Source: Phycisphaerae bacterium (lineage in GTDB: Bacteria; Planctomycetota; Phycisphaerae; FEN-1346). Taken from it: DNA of 64,000 nt. Under the pieces are notes generated by a model. That model saw only the letters and a list, made by a program, of their open reading frames with translations. It had not been told where the DNA came from and did no database searches. Positions 35,625-45,960 of this stretch are shown here, piece after piece. How positions within the stretch are numbered: position 1 is the first letter of the stretch; every line of letters begins with the position of its first letter. The stretch spans positions 294 to 64,293 of the forward strand of contig JBAUDW010000071.1 of the NCBI GenBank assembly GCA_049678285.1. Direction: 5' to 3'. A program made the translations under genes and the position numbers.

Positions 35625-37163
35625 ATGAGCACGTTCCAGCGTCTCCACCGCAAGGGCCAATTCATGCTGGGCCCACCGTCGTTCTCCAGCGCACACGGGT
35701 GGAACACCCTTCAGATCGATGCCGACCTGCTGCTGGCGGCGCATCCCGACGTTCCCCTCTCCCACACCAAGAAAGGCCACACGTCTTTGACATGCCTCGG
35801 GAATCTCTTGGACCCGAGGGCTCCGGAAAACACCAACAGCGATATCCTGAACCGCCTCTGCGACCAGGTATCGCAAAGCGGGCAGCTTGATGATCTTCTT
35901 CGACTGACCGACGGCCTCTTCGGGCGATGGGCGATCATTGCCGCATGCGGCTCGGACGCCATCCTGATGCACGATGCCGCGGGGCAACGGCAAGTCCACT
36001 ACGTGCGCCACGAGGGGAAAATGTATTGCGCCTCGCAGGCGGGCGCGATCGCGGAACGTCTGGGTTTTGCGCCCGACCCGGAGGCGATCCGATGGCGGGA
36101 GCATATGCGGGACCATCTCGGCGAGGTGTTCCACCACCAGTTCTGGTGGCCGGGGAACCGGAGCATGTTCGCGGAAGTCCGGCGGTTGCTTCCCAACCAC
36201 GTCCTCAGGCTGCGCACAGGGGAGGCGTGCCGCTTCTTCGGCCAGGGAAGCCTTGAACGCCGATCGCTGGACGAGGCGGTCCGGGTGGGGGCCGAGCTGA
36301 TGCAGGGCGCCCTCCAGAGTGCGCGACACCGCGGTCCCCTGGCAATTTCGTGTTCGGCCGGCTGGGACTCGCGAGCGATGATGGCCGCTTCGCTGCCGCT
36401 CCGCAACGACGTCCTGTACTTCTCGCGGCGGTTCTACTATCGGAGTCTCCGCCATCGGGACCTCGCAATCCCAAGGAGGCTCCTTGCCAGGGCCGATATC
36501 CGGCATCGCATCCTGAACATGCCACCGGCCGTCACCGACGAATTCGCCTCCATCTACCGGGCCAGCGTCGACGCGCCGCACGAGGACTGGGCCCTGATGG
36601 CCGAGGGCCTCGCCCGAATCCTTCCCGCCGACACGCTGATCGTCGTGGGCAACGTGTCGGAAACGTGCCGGCACCAATACCGGCACGGCGGCCCAGTGAC
36701 GCACGTGACGCCGGAGGTGCTGGCCCAAAGGACGGGCATGCAGCCCGATCCGTTCGCCCTGGAGGCCTTCGGGGACTGGCTGGATGCGGCGCGTTTTGGG
36801 GAGTCCTTCCATCCGTTCGATATGTGCCAATGGGAGCAACGCTCGGGCAGCTGGGCGGCCGAGATGAACGGCGAGGTCGCGATCGCGCATGAACAGATCT
36901 CCGCCTACAATTGCCGCGAGCTGCTCGCGACGCTGCTGTCGGTCGACGAACTGTATCGCCGCGGCCCGGACCACGAACTGTATCAGCGGCTCATCACACA
37001 CATGTGGCCGGACGGCCTGTCGGAGCCCATCAATCCTCCCATGGCGCCGCCTTCGTTCCTCGAGAGGGGGCTGGACAGGGCAAAATCGCTCGTTCGCCGA
37101 GTGCTCCCCGGGCACGCCGCAGGGCTGGCCAAAAGGTTCCTAAGGCGTTCCCGCGGCGTCTGA
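35625..37163 (+). CDS. asparagine synthetase (AsnB)-like amidotransferase paralog 1, N-terminal glutaminase domain degenerate (no Cys-2)
   Basis: PP-loop-like ISCSAGWDSRAMMAA (SGGxDS-type) and AsnB-like N-domain blocks (DGLFGRWAIIA..), but no N-terminal nucleophile Cys. Confidence 0.6.
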   Translation: MSTFQRLHRKGQFMLGPPSFSSAHGWNTLQIDADLLLAAHPDVPLSHTKKGHTSLTCLGNLLDPRAPENTNSDILNRLCDQVSQSGQLDDLLRLTDGLFGRWAIIAACGSDAILMHDAAGQRQVHYVRHEGKMYCASQAGAIAERLGFAPDPEAIRWREHMRDHLGEVFHHQFWWPGNRSMFAEVRRLLPNHVLRLRTGEACRFFGQGSLERRSLDEAVRVGAELMQGALQSARHRGPLAISCSAGWDSRAMMAASLPLRNDVLYFSRRFYYRSLRHRDLAIPRRLLARADIRHRILNMPPAVTDEFASIYRASVDAPHEDWALMAEGLARILPADTLIVVGNVSETCRHQYRHGGPVTHVTPEVLAQRTGMQPDPFALEAFGDWLDAARFGESFHPFDMCQWEQRSGSWAAEMNGEVAIAHEQISAYNCRELLATLLSVDELYRRGPDHELYQRLITHMWPDGLSEPINPPMAPPSFLERGLDRAKSLVRRVLPGHAAGLAKRFLRRSRGV

Positions 37164-37199
37164 CGACGAGGCACGACTTCTGCACCCGAAAGGGCGGAA

Positions 37200-39059
37200 A
37201 TGAAGATTGCGGTTTGTTTCGCACGCCAGAGCATCGACGGTGAAGACGCCGTCCGCCGCATGACGGAAGCCATGCGCCTCAGCGACGAACAGGCGTGCCA
37301 GACATTCAAAGTCGCCGGTGGGGCGCTGGGGTGCGTGACGACCTCCGATGCCCGCGGCGCGGTGCCGCTGATGCGCCGCAGCGCCAGCGGAAACCTGTTG
37401 CTCATCGCGGGCGTGCCTGTGGACCTGGAGGGGTCGCTCGACGAGCGCCTGGAGACCGTCGTCAAGGGAGACCACGCGCGGGCGGTGGCCAATCTGACGG
37501 CGCTGGACGGGGCCTTCGCCGCCCTCTTTTGGGACGCGTCCAACGAGCGGTTGGTGGCCGTGACGGATCCGATGGGTATGCAACCTCTGTACATGTTCCG
37601 TAGCAACGGGATGCTCCTTCTTGCGACGGAACTGAAGGCCTTTCCTGCGAGCAACCACGTCGCGGTTGAGATGGACCCGGTAGGATGGGGCGCCTTTATT
37701 TCGTTGGGGTTCGCCGTCGGCCCGGCGACGCAACTGGCGGGCGTGGTCCGGGTCGAGCCAGCCAACATCATGACCTACAGCGTGCCCGAGGACCGCCTGG
37801 AGACACAGGCATACTGGCGCTGGCCGCCCCCTCGTCCCGAAACGAACCTGGAGGATGTGGATACCGGTCATCTGCTGAATCTGCTGCAGCAGGAACTCCG
37901 GGCGTATGCCTCGCATTCGAGCCGCGGCACGGTGCTGCTCAGCGGCGGGTTCGATTCGCGGCTTCTCCTGGCGCTGTTACGGAAAACCGGCATGAACCCC
38001 GGCGCCTTGATCGTGAGGCACCCCGGGGAGCTTGGCGGAGCGGACGGACAGTACGCTCGGCGGGTGGCCAAGCGGCTCAACTTGGGGGACTTTGTCGTCG
38101 CACATCCGCCCAAACGCTTCTACACATCCCCCGGCTACGTGAAATATCTTGTCATGAGCGAAGTGGCGACGCCGAGCCTTCGCCTGTTCATCGCCCAGGT
38201 GCCGCAATTTCTGAGCCCCGGCATGGGAGCCATCTGGGAAGGCGTTGCGCCGGGGTTCGTCTTCGCGCCAGCCGTCCCGTTCCCCGGAGGCTTCGACACC
38301 TATTGCAGGATTCGGTGTCGTTTGGGGGGTTCCGACCAATGGCGCGTGGCAGGTCGAGTCTTCGCCCGCAAGGACCTGTACGAAGCCTTTGAGGCCGCAC
38401 TGCGCGAGGAAACGGGCCGATATCGCGACGACGAGTTCGGCGTAGCCGAATTCCAGGCGAAGAACCAGATGCGCCGTCGACTGGCCGTCAACCCGCTCGT
38501 CGCGTGCGCCAACATCGTCCTCCCTTTCACGCCCGGGCTGAGCCGCGCGCTATGGGAAGAGGTTGTGGGGCTGCCGTTTCACGTCAGGGACCACAAGCGG
38601 CTTTACCTCCGCGTCTTCCGGGAACACTTCCCGGAAGCTCTCCGCGTGCCGATCTGCTCGGGGGCAAGCCTGTACAGCGAGCGCACTTTCACGCCGGGCC
38701 TGTGGGCGCGGCGGACGTTCGACTGGCTCGGGCGACGCTGCGCGTACTACAGCCGGCGACTGGGGCGGGTGCCCGGCATCGGGCCGGTATTTCGGACCCT
38801 GGACTGGGCGCCGCAAACCAACGAACTGGTCACAGGCGTCGTCCGGTCGATCGACCTCGACCATTCAGACCTCAACGCCGACGTTGTGCGGACCGTCCAG
38901 ACGAGCCATCCGCCCTATGACTGGGATGTGAGGCTCGCCCGCTCCTTGCTCTTCTACTGGCAGACGTGGCGGTGGATCATGCAAGGCCGGCTCACCACGT
39001 GGAATGCAGAAACCTTCTTGCACGAACAGGTGCAGAGCGCCCAGAGGGACAAGGCGTGA
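37200..39059 (+). CDS. asparagine synthetase (AsnB)-like amidotransferase paralog 2
   Basis: DGAFAALFWDASNERLVAVTDPMGMQPLYM (AsnB N-domain) and VLLSGGFDSRLLLALL (PP-loop). The N-terminus MKIAVCFAR lacks the canonical MCG start. Confidence 0.75.
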   Translation: MKIAVCFARQSIDGEDAVRRMTEAMRLSDEQACQTFKVAGGALGCVTTSDARGAVPLMRRSASGNLLLIAGVPVDLEGSLDERLETVVKGDHARAVANLTALDGAFAALFWDASNERLVAVTDPMGMQPLYMFRSNGMLLLATELKAFPASNHVAVEMDPVGWGAFISLGFAVGPATQLAGVVRVEPANIMTYSVPEDRLETQAYWRWPPPRPETNLEDVDTGHLLNLLQQELRAYASHSSRGTVLLSGGFDSRLLLALLRKTGMNPGALIVRHPGELGGADGQYARRVAKRLNLGDFVVAHPPKRFYTSPGYVKYLVMSEVATPSLRLFIAQVPQFLSPGMGAIWEGVAPGFVFAPAVPFPGGFDTYCRIRCRLGGSDQWRVAGRVFARKDLYEAFEAALREETGRYRDDEFGVAEFQAKNQMRRRLAVNPLVACANIVLPFTPGLSRALWEEVVGLPFHVRDHKRLYLRVFREHFPEALRVPICSGASLYSERTFTPGLWARRTFDWLGRRCAYYSRRLGRVPGIGPVFRTLDWAPQTNELVTGVVRSIDLDHSDLNADVVRTVQTSHPPYDWDVRLARSLLFYWQTWRWIMQGRLTTWNAETFLHEQVQSAQRDKA

Positions 39060-40540
39060 AACTTGATCCGCAACCCGTTCCGGCTTGGCCGAAACTGGCC
39101 TGGGTGGCCACGTTGCGACCCGGTGCCGATAAGATTACCATCTACCACGGGCCCTGTGTTGAAACCAGCCGCGACTGGTGCGCGGAGGCCGTCTGGGCGG
39201 GGGAATACGCGCGCGGCGACTTCGACCGGACGGACCTGGTTTTCGGGAGCGGCCTGAGGCGCCGCGAACACAGGGTGGTCTTTGTCAGCGCCGGCACGAC
39301 CCTCGACCGCTTGTGGTACCATCGCGGAACCGATGCCTGGCATGTAGCCAACTCGCTGCCTGCGCTCCTGGCGGTGGCCGGAACTTCCCTCGCCGGGATC
39401 CCCGCGGACTATGCCCGCGACGTGGACACCATCGGGCAGGGACTGACCGGCTACAAGCGGCGACTGCCCGCGGCGACCGGCGAACTGTACGTCCAGTACT
39501 TCCACAATCTCGTCTGGGACGGCCAAAGCCTGGGCGAGGCGGAGAAACCCGACACCGCTCCGCGCTTCGACACTTTCGAAACCTACGCTGCTTATCTGAG
39601 AGACACCGCCGAGCAGTTGGCAACCAACATGAACAATCGCGCCCGAGCGCACGCCGTGACGCCGCTGGTCACCGTCTCCCAGGGATATGATTCCTCCGCG
39701 GCAGCCGTCGTGGCTCGCCTCGCGGGTTGCCGGCAGTCGGTCACCATCCGGCAGTCGACGAGTCTGTGGCGGGGATCGGACTCCGGCGAGGAGGTGGCAC
39801 ACCACCTGGGCCTGGATTGCGCGACGTACGACCGGACCGCCCGCCAGTACCCGCTTGAGGAGGCAATCTGGGCGGTGGCAGGACGGGCCAGCATCCTCAA
39901 TTGGACGCTCTTCGACTACCCCCAGCCGCTGTGCTTGTTTTTCACGGGCTCGTACGGTGACAAGATGTGGAGCCGCAAGCGCCGGGAATACCGCGACCCG
40001 TTCCAGGGGACAAGCCTCTCGCACGGCGGTATCGGAGAGTTTCGCCTCGTTCGGGGCGTCTTCCACTGCCCGGTGCCGTTCTGGGGTATGCGGCACATAC
40101 ACGAGTTACAGGAAACCTCCTTCTCCGAGGTCATGCAGCCTTGGTCGGTGGGCGGCAACTACGACCGCCCGATAGCCCGGCGGCTGGTCGAAGAGGCTGG
40201 TGTGCCCCGCACGGCGTTCGGACAGCGCAAGAAGAACACCTCGCACGACGCGGCGCTGCTCTGGCCATATACGCCCGAAACCGCGGCGTCCTTTCGCCAT
40301 TTCTTGGCCGCGCGCGGCCTGCCGGCACCAGGGCCGACCCGTGTGTGGCTGCGACGGCGTACGAACTCGCTTGCTCACCTGGTCGAAGCAAACGTATTGC
40401 GGCCATTCACCGCAGCATTGCGCCACCGGCAGGAACAAGCCACGTATGCGGCTGCGGACGTACTATTCCACTGGGCGAATGCCGAACTGACGAAGCGATA
40501 CAAGGCAGGCCTCCGGGACATCGAGCAGCCACTGCCATGA
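39056..40540 (+). CDS. AsnB-related PP-loop ATP-pyrophosphatase-like protein (paralog 3; no recognisable glutaminase domain)
   Basis: GTG start at 39056 overlapping the upstream stop (GTGA). Degenerate PP-loop VTVSQGYDSSAAAVVA. The C-terminal half is AsnB-synthetase-domain-like. Confidence 0.5.
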   Translation: MKLDPQPVPAWPKLAWVATLRPGADKITIYHGPCVETSRDWCAEAVWAGEYARGDFDRTDLVFGSGLRRREHRVVFVSAGTTLDRLWYHRGTDAWHVANSLPALLAVAGTSLAGIPADYARDVDTIGQGLTGYKRRLPAATGELYVQYFHNLVWDGQSLGEAEKPDTAPRFDTFETYAAYLRDTAEQLATNMNNRARAHAVTPLVTVSQGYDSSAAAVVARLAGCRQSVTIRQSTSLWRGSDSGEEVAHHLGLDCATYDRTARQYPLEEAIWAVAGRASILNWTLFDYPQPLCLFFTGSYGDKMWSRKRREYRDPFQGTSLSHGGIGEFRLVRGVFHCPVPFWGMRHIHELQETSFSEVMQPWSVGGNYDRPIARRLVEEAGVPRTAFGQRKKNTSHDAALLWPYTPETAASFRHFLAARGLPAPGPTRVWLRRRTNSLAHLVEANVLRPFTAALRHRQEQATYAAADVLFHWANAELTKRYKAGLRDIEQPLP

Positions 40541-42312
40541 CCAAGATCTGCGGACTGGTGTCGGAAGACCCCGACCTTCGCGTGCCGAAGGTCCTGGACC
40601 GGATGTACGACGCGTCCTGGCACTCGGGCTACGTGCGCCGGGAGGTCTGGTCGGAGGGGCCGGTCGGGCTGGGCCACTTCAGCCTGGGCGCCGTCAACAC
40701 CGAGCCGCAGCCGCTCCACGACGAGGCCCTCGGCGCGGCGATTGTTTACTGCGGCAAGATTTTCGACTACGACCGCCACAGGGCCCGACTGCGGAAGTCC
40801 GGCGTCCGATTCGCACTCCCCGACAACGACGCCGAATTCTTCCTGCACCTCCTCGCCGCCTCGGGGACCGAGCACCTTGCGGAACTGAACGGCATCTTCT
40901 CGCTGGCCCTGTGGAACGCGGCCGACCGATCGGTCACGCTGATCAACGACCGGTACGGGTTTCGCCCGCTCTACTACTATCACGATGCGGCGCGAGGCGT
41001 GTTGGCCTTCGCTTCGGACCTCAGGGCCATCCTGGCGACAGGCCTGCCGCCGCTGCGGGTGAACTGGCCGGCCGTCAACACGTTCCGCCACTACGGCCAC
41101 CTGCTGGGCGAGGAGACGCTGTTCGAGGGCATCCGTCGCCTGCCGTCGGCGGGCGTTCTGACCTTCGAGGACAATCAGGTCCGCCTCGAGCGCTACTGGT
41201 GGCTCCGGGACCTCCCGGTGCGCGAGGGCATGTCGCTCGACGAGGCCGTGGACGGCTGCGTGACGCTTTTCCAGCAGGCCATCCGCCGGCGCCTGAACGC
41301 CACGCCGGCCCGGCACATCGTGACGCTGAGCGGCGGGCAGGACTCGCGGCACATTGCGGCCGAACTGAAACGGCAGCAGGTCGAGTTCACGGCCTACACC
41401 ACCACGGGGTTCAAGCCGATGCTGGCGGACAAGGTGCTCGCCGCCGCCGCGGCAGACGCCCTGGGCGTGCCGCACGTGTATGTGCCGCTGCCCAGGCAGG
41501 GCGTCCTGACGCACTACTGGCCTCGTGCCCACGCCCTCATGGACTACGAGGTCGACCTGCACCAGGCGATCCTGCCGCTCGTGGACGCCCTGCCCGCCGA
41601 GCCCCACGTCAACTTCGACGGCATTGTGGGCGACGTCTGTCTGGCCAGCCTGTTCCTAAACGAGCACGACTACCGGTTGGCCCGGGAGGGCCGCCTGGAC
41701 GAGTTGACTCGCCAGGCGCTCGAGGCGGGGCGGAGTCCGCCGATCTTCCACCCGTCGATCGCGCGGCACCTGGACGAGGGGCTCCTTTACGACATCATTC
41801 TGGCCCAGTTCCAGGTGTTCGAGGGCCACCCGAACCTGATTACGTTTACGTACATGTCCGGGCGCACGACGCGCGCCATTCCGCTCTTCGCCTTCAAACT
41901 CGTGGCCGAGAAGGCCGAGACTTTCTACCCGTACGCCGACAACGATTTTCTCGAGTTCGCCATGAGCATCCCGCCGGAACACAAACTGGACCGCCGGCTG
42001 CACCGGCGCATTCTGGACCGGGCGTATCCCGAGTTGCGCGGGGTGCCGACGACCAAGGAGATCGACCCCAGGAACTACGTGCGCGACGAGATCAACTATC
42101 ACGGGCAGCGATGCCGGTTCCTGCGCCAGGGTCTGTGGCAGATGCTGCGGGGCCGGCCGTGGGTCTATGACCGCCGGCGGGCACTGCCCCGGCTCCTGCT
42201 GGACGTGGCCGTTTCGTCGCTAGGGCGAGTCCGACAGTCCTTCCTCTGCAACTACGCCAACATGGTCCTGGTCCAGTGGTTCATGCGGTACTTCCCCGAT
42301 GGCGTTGACTGA
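40537..42312 (+). CDS. asparagine synthetase (glutamine-hydrolysing)-like amidotransferase paralog 4 (Cys at position 5, possible short propeptide)
   Basis: ATG overlaps the upstream stop (ATGA). MTKICGLV..., HFSLGAVN, NGIFSLALWN..DRYGFRPLYY, IVTLSGGQDSRHIAAEL: a full AsnB architecture. Confidence 0.8.
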   Translation: MTKICGLVSEDPDLRVPKVLDRMYDASWHSGYVRREVWSEGPVGLGHFSLGAVNTEPQPLHDEALGAAIVYCGKIFDYDRHRARLRKSGVRFALPDNDAEFFLHLLAASGTEHLAELNGIFSLALWNAADRSVTLINDRYGFRPLYYYHDAARGVLAFASDLRAILATGLPPLRVNWPAVNTFRHYGHLLGEETLFEGIRRLPSAGVLTFEDNQVRLERYWWLRDLPVREGMSLDEAVDGCVTLFQQAIRRRLNATPARHIVTLSGGQDSRHIAAELKRQQVEFTAYTTTGFKPMLADKVLAAAAADALGVPHVYVPLPRQGVLTHYWPRAHALMDYEVDLHQAILPLVDALPAEPHVNFDGIVGDVCLASLFLNEHDYRLAREGRLDELTRQALEAGRSPPIFHPSIARHLDEGLLYDIILAQFQVFEGHPNLITFTYMSGRTTRAIPLFAFKLVAEKAETFYPYADNDFLEFAMSIPPEHKLDRRLHRRILDRAYPELRGVPTTKEIDPRNYVRDEINYHGQRCRFLRQGLWQMLRGRPWVYDRRRALPRLLLDVAVSSLGRVRQSFLCNYANMVLVQWFMRYFPDGVD

Positions 42313-42354
42313 TCGGGCAACCGCACCGCCGCGGCGGGGGGCCGGCGCCTCTGG

Positions 42355-43362
42355 TCACGGGCGAACTTTGCGCAGCAACGTGCGCAGGCGGTCGAGCCGC
42401 GCCCCGAAGCTCGAAATCACGCGGCTGCCGGCGGGTTGGGCGACGACGGTGGACCCGAACTGGCTCTTGAACCGGAAGAGGCCGGTTTCGTCGGCCCTTG
42501 CCCCGCCCAGGCTCAAGGTACGGATGCCCTGGCTCTTGTACCACTGGATCTGCGTCCAGACCTGCTGCACGGGCGCAAAGCACTTGTAGCCCGCCTCCGA
42601 GGAGCCGGCGACCAGGCCGGAGGCCCAATTGTTGAACCATCCGCACAGGATGGCGCTGACGGGGGCGCCGTCCAGGTAGGTGACGAACACGTCGGCCCGC
42701 CCGCTCTCGAGCAGTTGCCGCTGAGCCAACCGGAACCGTTCGAGCCGGGCCGCCGTCTGCGCCCCGCGGCGGGTCATCGACTCCTCGTGAAACTCGAAGA
42801 CCCGCTGGACGGCGTCTTCCGTGTTTTCGCGCCGGGTGACGGCCCCCCGGTCCTCCGCCCGGCGGCACGCGCGGCGGCGGGCACTGAGAAACCCCGACCA
42901 GATCTCCTCCAGCCCTCGCGTCAGGTCGACGTAAAACTCCGACCGTTCCAGCAGACCGTATCCGAGGGCCCCCAGGGCGGCGGCGCTGTGAGGCGAGCCG
43001 TACGACGCCGTGGTGACGTGGAAGACGCCCCGCCGCCGCAACTCGCCCTCGATCCGCCCCAGGGCCGCCTCCTCGGCCGCCGCATCCCCCCCTGCCATCG
43101 CCGGCAGCGACGGAAACTCCGCACGCTTGCAGTACCGACTGAAGGGCCACAACCTGGAGCACGACAGCGCGCCGGCGGCCACTCCGATGCACCCCCCCGC
43201 CTCGTCCAGCACCTTGATGAACAAGGGCAGGCTGTCGCTGCGGGTTGCGGCGAACATAGCGTGGGCGTGGCAATGGAAATAGGTGCCCCCCGCGCGCGTG
43301 GCCAGGTCGTCCCATGTCTCCGGCTCGACCTGGTCCAGGAACTCGACCGAGTGCACGTTCAT
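42355..43362 (-). CDS. FemAB-like (GNAT-fold) acyl/aminoacyl-transferase, PEP-CTERM-system-associated type
   Basis: 335 aa. The two-lobed FemAB-like organisation (..YFHCHAHAMFA.. and ..FRFKSQFGSTVV..) resembles the FemAB-related proteins found in exosortase loci. Confidence 0.6.
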   Translation of the reverse strand: MNVHSVEFLDQVEPETWDDLATRAGGTYFHCHAHAMFAATRSDSLPLFIKVLDEAGGCIGVAAGALSCSRLWPFSRYCKRAEFPSLPAMAGGDAAAEEAALGRIEGELRRRGVFHVTTASYGSPHSAAALGALGYGLLERSEFYVDLTRGLEEIWSGFLSARRRACRRAEDRGAVTRRENTEDAVQRVFEFHEESMTRRGAQTAARLERFRLAQRQLLESGRADVFVTYLDGAPVSAILCGWFNNWASGLVAGSSEAGYKCFAPVQQVWTQIQWYKSQGIRTLSLGGARADETGLFRFKSQFGSTVVAQPAGSRVISSFGARLDRLRTLLRKVRP

Positions 43363-43409
43363 TCAGAGGTCCCTCGCCGTACGGGGCGGGCCTTTGGGCC
43401 GCCACGAAC

Positions 43410-44135
43410 CTACAGTTTTGAGACGTCATTCGCAACGCGGACCTTCGACCAGCGAAGGTCACCCGCCAGACGCGTCCGCACGTAACACTTGCCGAACCAC
43501 CGCACGAGGCGCACGCGCCCGCGATCTTCGTATCCCAGTTTCTGGTGCAGCCCAAGGGACGCGACGTTGTCGGTCAGCACGAGCGACCAGATGCGCCGGC
43601 GGCCCGCCTTCCACGCGGCCTGTTCGGCAAAGCGCATGCCCCGCGTCGCCAGCCCGCGCCGTCGGCACCGCTCGGGCACCTCGACGCGGCGGATGCTGAC
43701 GTCGTCCGGCCCCACCCGGTCGCCCAGCGCCCGGAGGTCCAGCCCGTCGTGCGAGAGCCACGCGGAAAACATCAGGCCCGGCTCGGCGCCGGCCGAGACG
43801 CCGACGACGGTGATGTCCCTTCCCTGAAATTGCTCTTTGAGGAGCCGTTCGGCCTGCGCGTCCGTCAGGTGGTCTATCTGGCGCGAAATCCACGGAATGT
43901 CTTCGGGGCCGGCCACGCGAAATTCAACGTCCACCTGTAGGGCGCCGGCGACCTCCTCGCCCAGGACCTTGCGGAAGACCACATACTCCCATCGCCGCCA
44001 AGCCAGACTCCGGACACGCCGGAGGACGGCCGCGGGTCCCTCCTGGGCCAGCAGCCGCCAGGCCTTGGCCAACAATGTGAGCGGGTTGCGCATTCGAGAG
44101 CACTCACGCTTCCCGGTGGGCGGCACGGGCGCCAT
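43410..44135 (-). CDS. GNAT-family N-acetyltransferase
   Basis: C-terminal acetyl-CoA-binding block RRRGLATRGMRFAEQAAWKAGRRRIWSLVLTDNVASLGLHQKLGY. The start may be the internal Met at 44093. Confidence 0.6.
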   Translation of the reverse strand: MAPVPPTGKRECSRMRNPLTLLAKAWRLLAQEGPAAVLRRVRSLAWRRWEYVVFRKVLGEEVAGALQVDVEFRVAGPEDIPWISRQIDHLTDAQAERLLKEQFQGRDITVVGVSAGAEPGLMFSAWLSHDGLDLRALGDRVGPDDVSIRRVEVPERCRRRGLATRGMRFAEQAAWKAGRRRIWSLVLTDNVASLGLHQKLGYEDRGRVRLVRWFGKCYVRTRLAGDLRWSKVRVANDVSKL

Positions 44136-44295
44136 CTCCTGCCTGCAGTAACATCGGCCGCGTGGCGACGGCGCTTGCGGCCAATATCCCCCCGATGATA
44201 CAATTCGTGGGAAAGCCGTGCAAGGATAGCCGATAAAGCGATGGCAATCGTGTCTCTACCGGCCGTCCCTGGGGGCCCTCGCACCGTGACCCCCG

Positions 44296-45960
44296 GTGTC
44301 CCGGGGCTTTGCATCGGGCGCCTGCGCCATGGTCAATGGATCCAGTTCTTTTCACGCTCTGTGTATCGGTTTGGCCTCTGCCGATCCGTCCTGGCGCTCC
44401 CTGTTGGACAGCGAAGGCCTGCCTTGGCAGGTTGTTGCCGACAAGTCGACGGGCCCACTTCCCGAGGTGATTATTGTGCCCTGGGGCGCCGACGCGGCGA
44501 CGCGGCGGTTCTGCGGCCGTCTGGCGGCGCAGGGAAGCGCGATCGTCACGGAGCAGCGGAGGCCCGAAGGGGTTCCCGCGGCGGGTCCACAGCGCCGGTC
44601 CTTTCCGTACCACCGCGACGACTTCTCGGGCCTGCGGAGTCCCGACCTCCCGGGGGCGGTGCAGGTCGAGCACGGCCGCTGCGGGGCAGGGCAGTATTAC
44701 CTTCTGCCATTCCGTCTTGGCGAGGTGTGGCCGTCGCGCCGGACCGGCAAGAAATACATCGTCGTCGACCCCGGGCGGGAGGTTCGCCTCTGGCACCGCC
44801 AGGCGTGGGTCGTCAAGAAGAACGTCCGCCGAGTGGTCGTGGAGGTGGTCCGGAGCGCGTTCTTCGGCCGCGGCCTGCCGGTCGTCCACCAATGGTACTG
44901 GCCCGGGGAGAGCCGGTCGGTGTTCTGCATGCGCGCCGACCTGGACGGCGGGCCGCGCGAGAACCTCGCCCGTTACCTCGATGCCATCAAGCCATATGCC
45001 CGGTCGGCTTCGGTCTTCGTTTGCGCCCTCCGCTGCCTGCACGAGACGGACCTCGTCCGGCAAGCGGCCCGGGATGGCGTGGAACTGGGCAACCATACGT
45101 ATTCGCACATGGTGTTTCCCGACGCGGTGACGAACCGGGTTGACCTGGCTCGCGCCGACCGGTATCTTGCGACGCTGGGCGTCGCCCCCCAGGGGCTGGC
45201 GGCACCGGCCTATTTCTGGCATCGCTCAATGTACCCGCCTCTTACGGCACGCGGGTACCGGTACGCGTGTTGCTTCGGCCTGGATCACGACAACCTTCCG
45301 TACTACCCGGTGGTGCGCGGCCGCGTCGGGCCCATCCTGGAGATCCCTTTCCACTGCCTCGGCGACTTCTTTCCGAAGTTCGATATTCCCCTGGACGGCG
45401 AGGCGAGCCGACGCTTCTTTGCCGGGCTGATCGCCAAGAAGCACGCGGCCGGAGAAGCAATCAACCTGTACGGACACGCGGATATGGACGGCCGGTTGGG
45501 CTCGGCCCCAGGCCTGACGCGCTTTCTGTGCGAGCAGGCGCTGGGGTTGCCTAACGTCTGGACCGGTCACCTGGCGGACCTGGCTGCGTGGTGGCGGAGG
45601 CGACAGGAATCCGAGTTGGACCCCTGGTTTGACACGGACCGGGAGCGGCTTGTATGTCACACACGTCCCGGGGGAAGCGCCGGCCGAGGCGACCCCATGC
45701 TGAGCGTTCATCTTCCGGACGGGTCGTGGCGGCTGATTGGTCCTGATGCGTGTCGTGAGCCCGGAGTTGACGTGCGAGCAGTTCGCGCCCTCGCTCCATT
45801 GCGTCAGCCGGAGCCCGCGGACGTGGGCGAGGTGGTTCGGGTCGAGGAATCATTGACGCTGGCCGGCCGCTTGCGCAATCGTCGGGTGGCGCTGAAGCGT
45901 TTGGCCAGGGCTTACGCGAACGTCTACTGCCGCCGGGCAGTAACCGAGGATGGCCCATGA
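44296..45960 (+). CDS. polysaccharide deacetylase (NodB/CE4-homology) with an N-terminal extra domain
   Basis: CMRADLDGG (Asp-Asp motif) and LGNHTYSH (H-x-x-x-H-like zinc motif). 554 aa. Confidence 0.65.
   Translation: MSRGFASGACAMVNGSSSFHALCIGLASADPSWRSLLDSEGLPWQVVADKSTGPLPEVIIVPWGADAATRRFCGRLAAQGSAIVTEQRRPEGVPAAGPQRRSFPYHRDDFSGLRSPDLPGAVQVEHGRCGAGQYYLLPFRLGEVWPSRRTGKKYIVVDPGREVRLWHRQAWVVKKNVRRVVVEVVRSAFFGRGLPVVHQWYWPGESRSVFCMRADLDGGPRENLARYLDAIKPYARSASVFVCALRCLHETDLVRQAARDGVELGNHTYSHMVFPDAVTNRVDLARADRYLATLGVAPQGLAAPAYFWHRSMYPPLTARGYRYACCFGLDHDNLPYYPVVRGRVGPILEIPFHCLGDFFPKFDIPLDGEASRRFFAGLIAKKHAAGEAINLYGHADMDGRLGSAPGLTRFLCEQALGLPNVWTGHLADLAAWWRRRQESELDPWFDTDRERLVCHTRPGGSAGRGDPMLSVHLPDGSWRLIGPDACREPGVDVRAVRALAPLRQPEPADVGEVVRVEESLTLAGRLRNRRVALKRLARAYANVYCRRAVTEDGP

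Noticed and set aside
35625-42312. Lasso-peptide cluster hypothesis for the AsnB-like array (AsnB homologs are lasso cyclases)
   Set aside because: There is no transglutaminase-like leader peptidase (B protein), no small precursor-peptide ORF and no ABC exporter nearby. The context is uniformly glycan biosynthesis.
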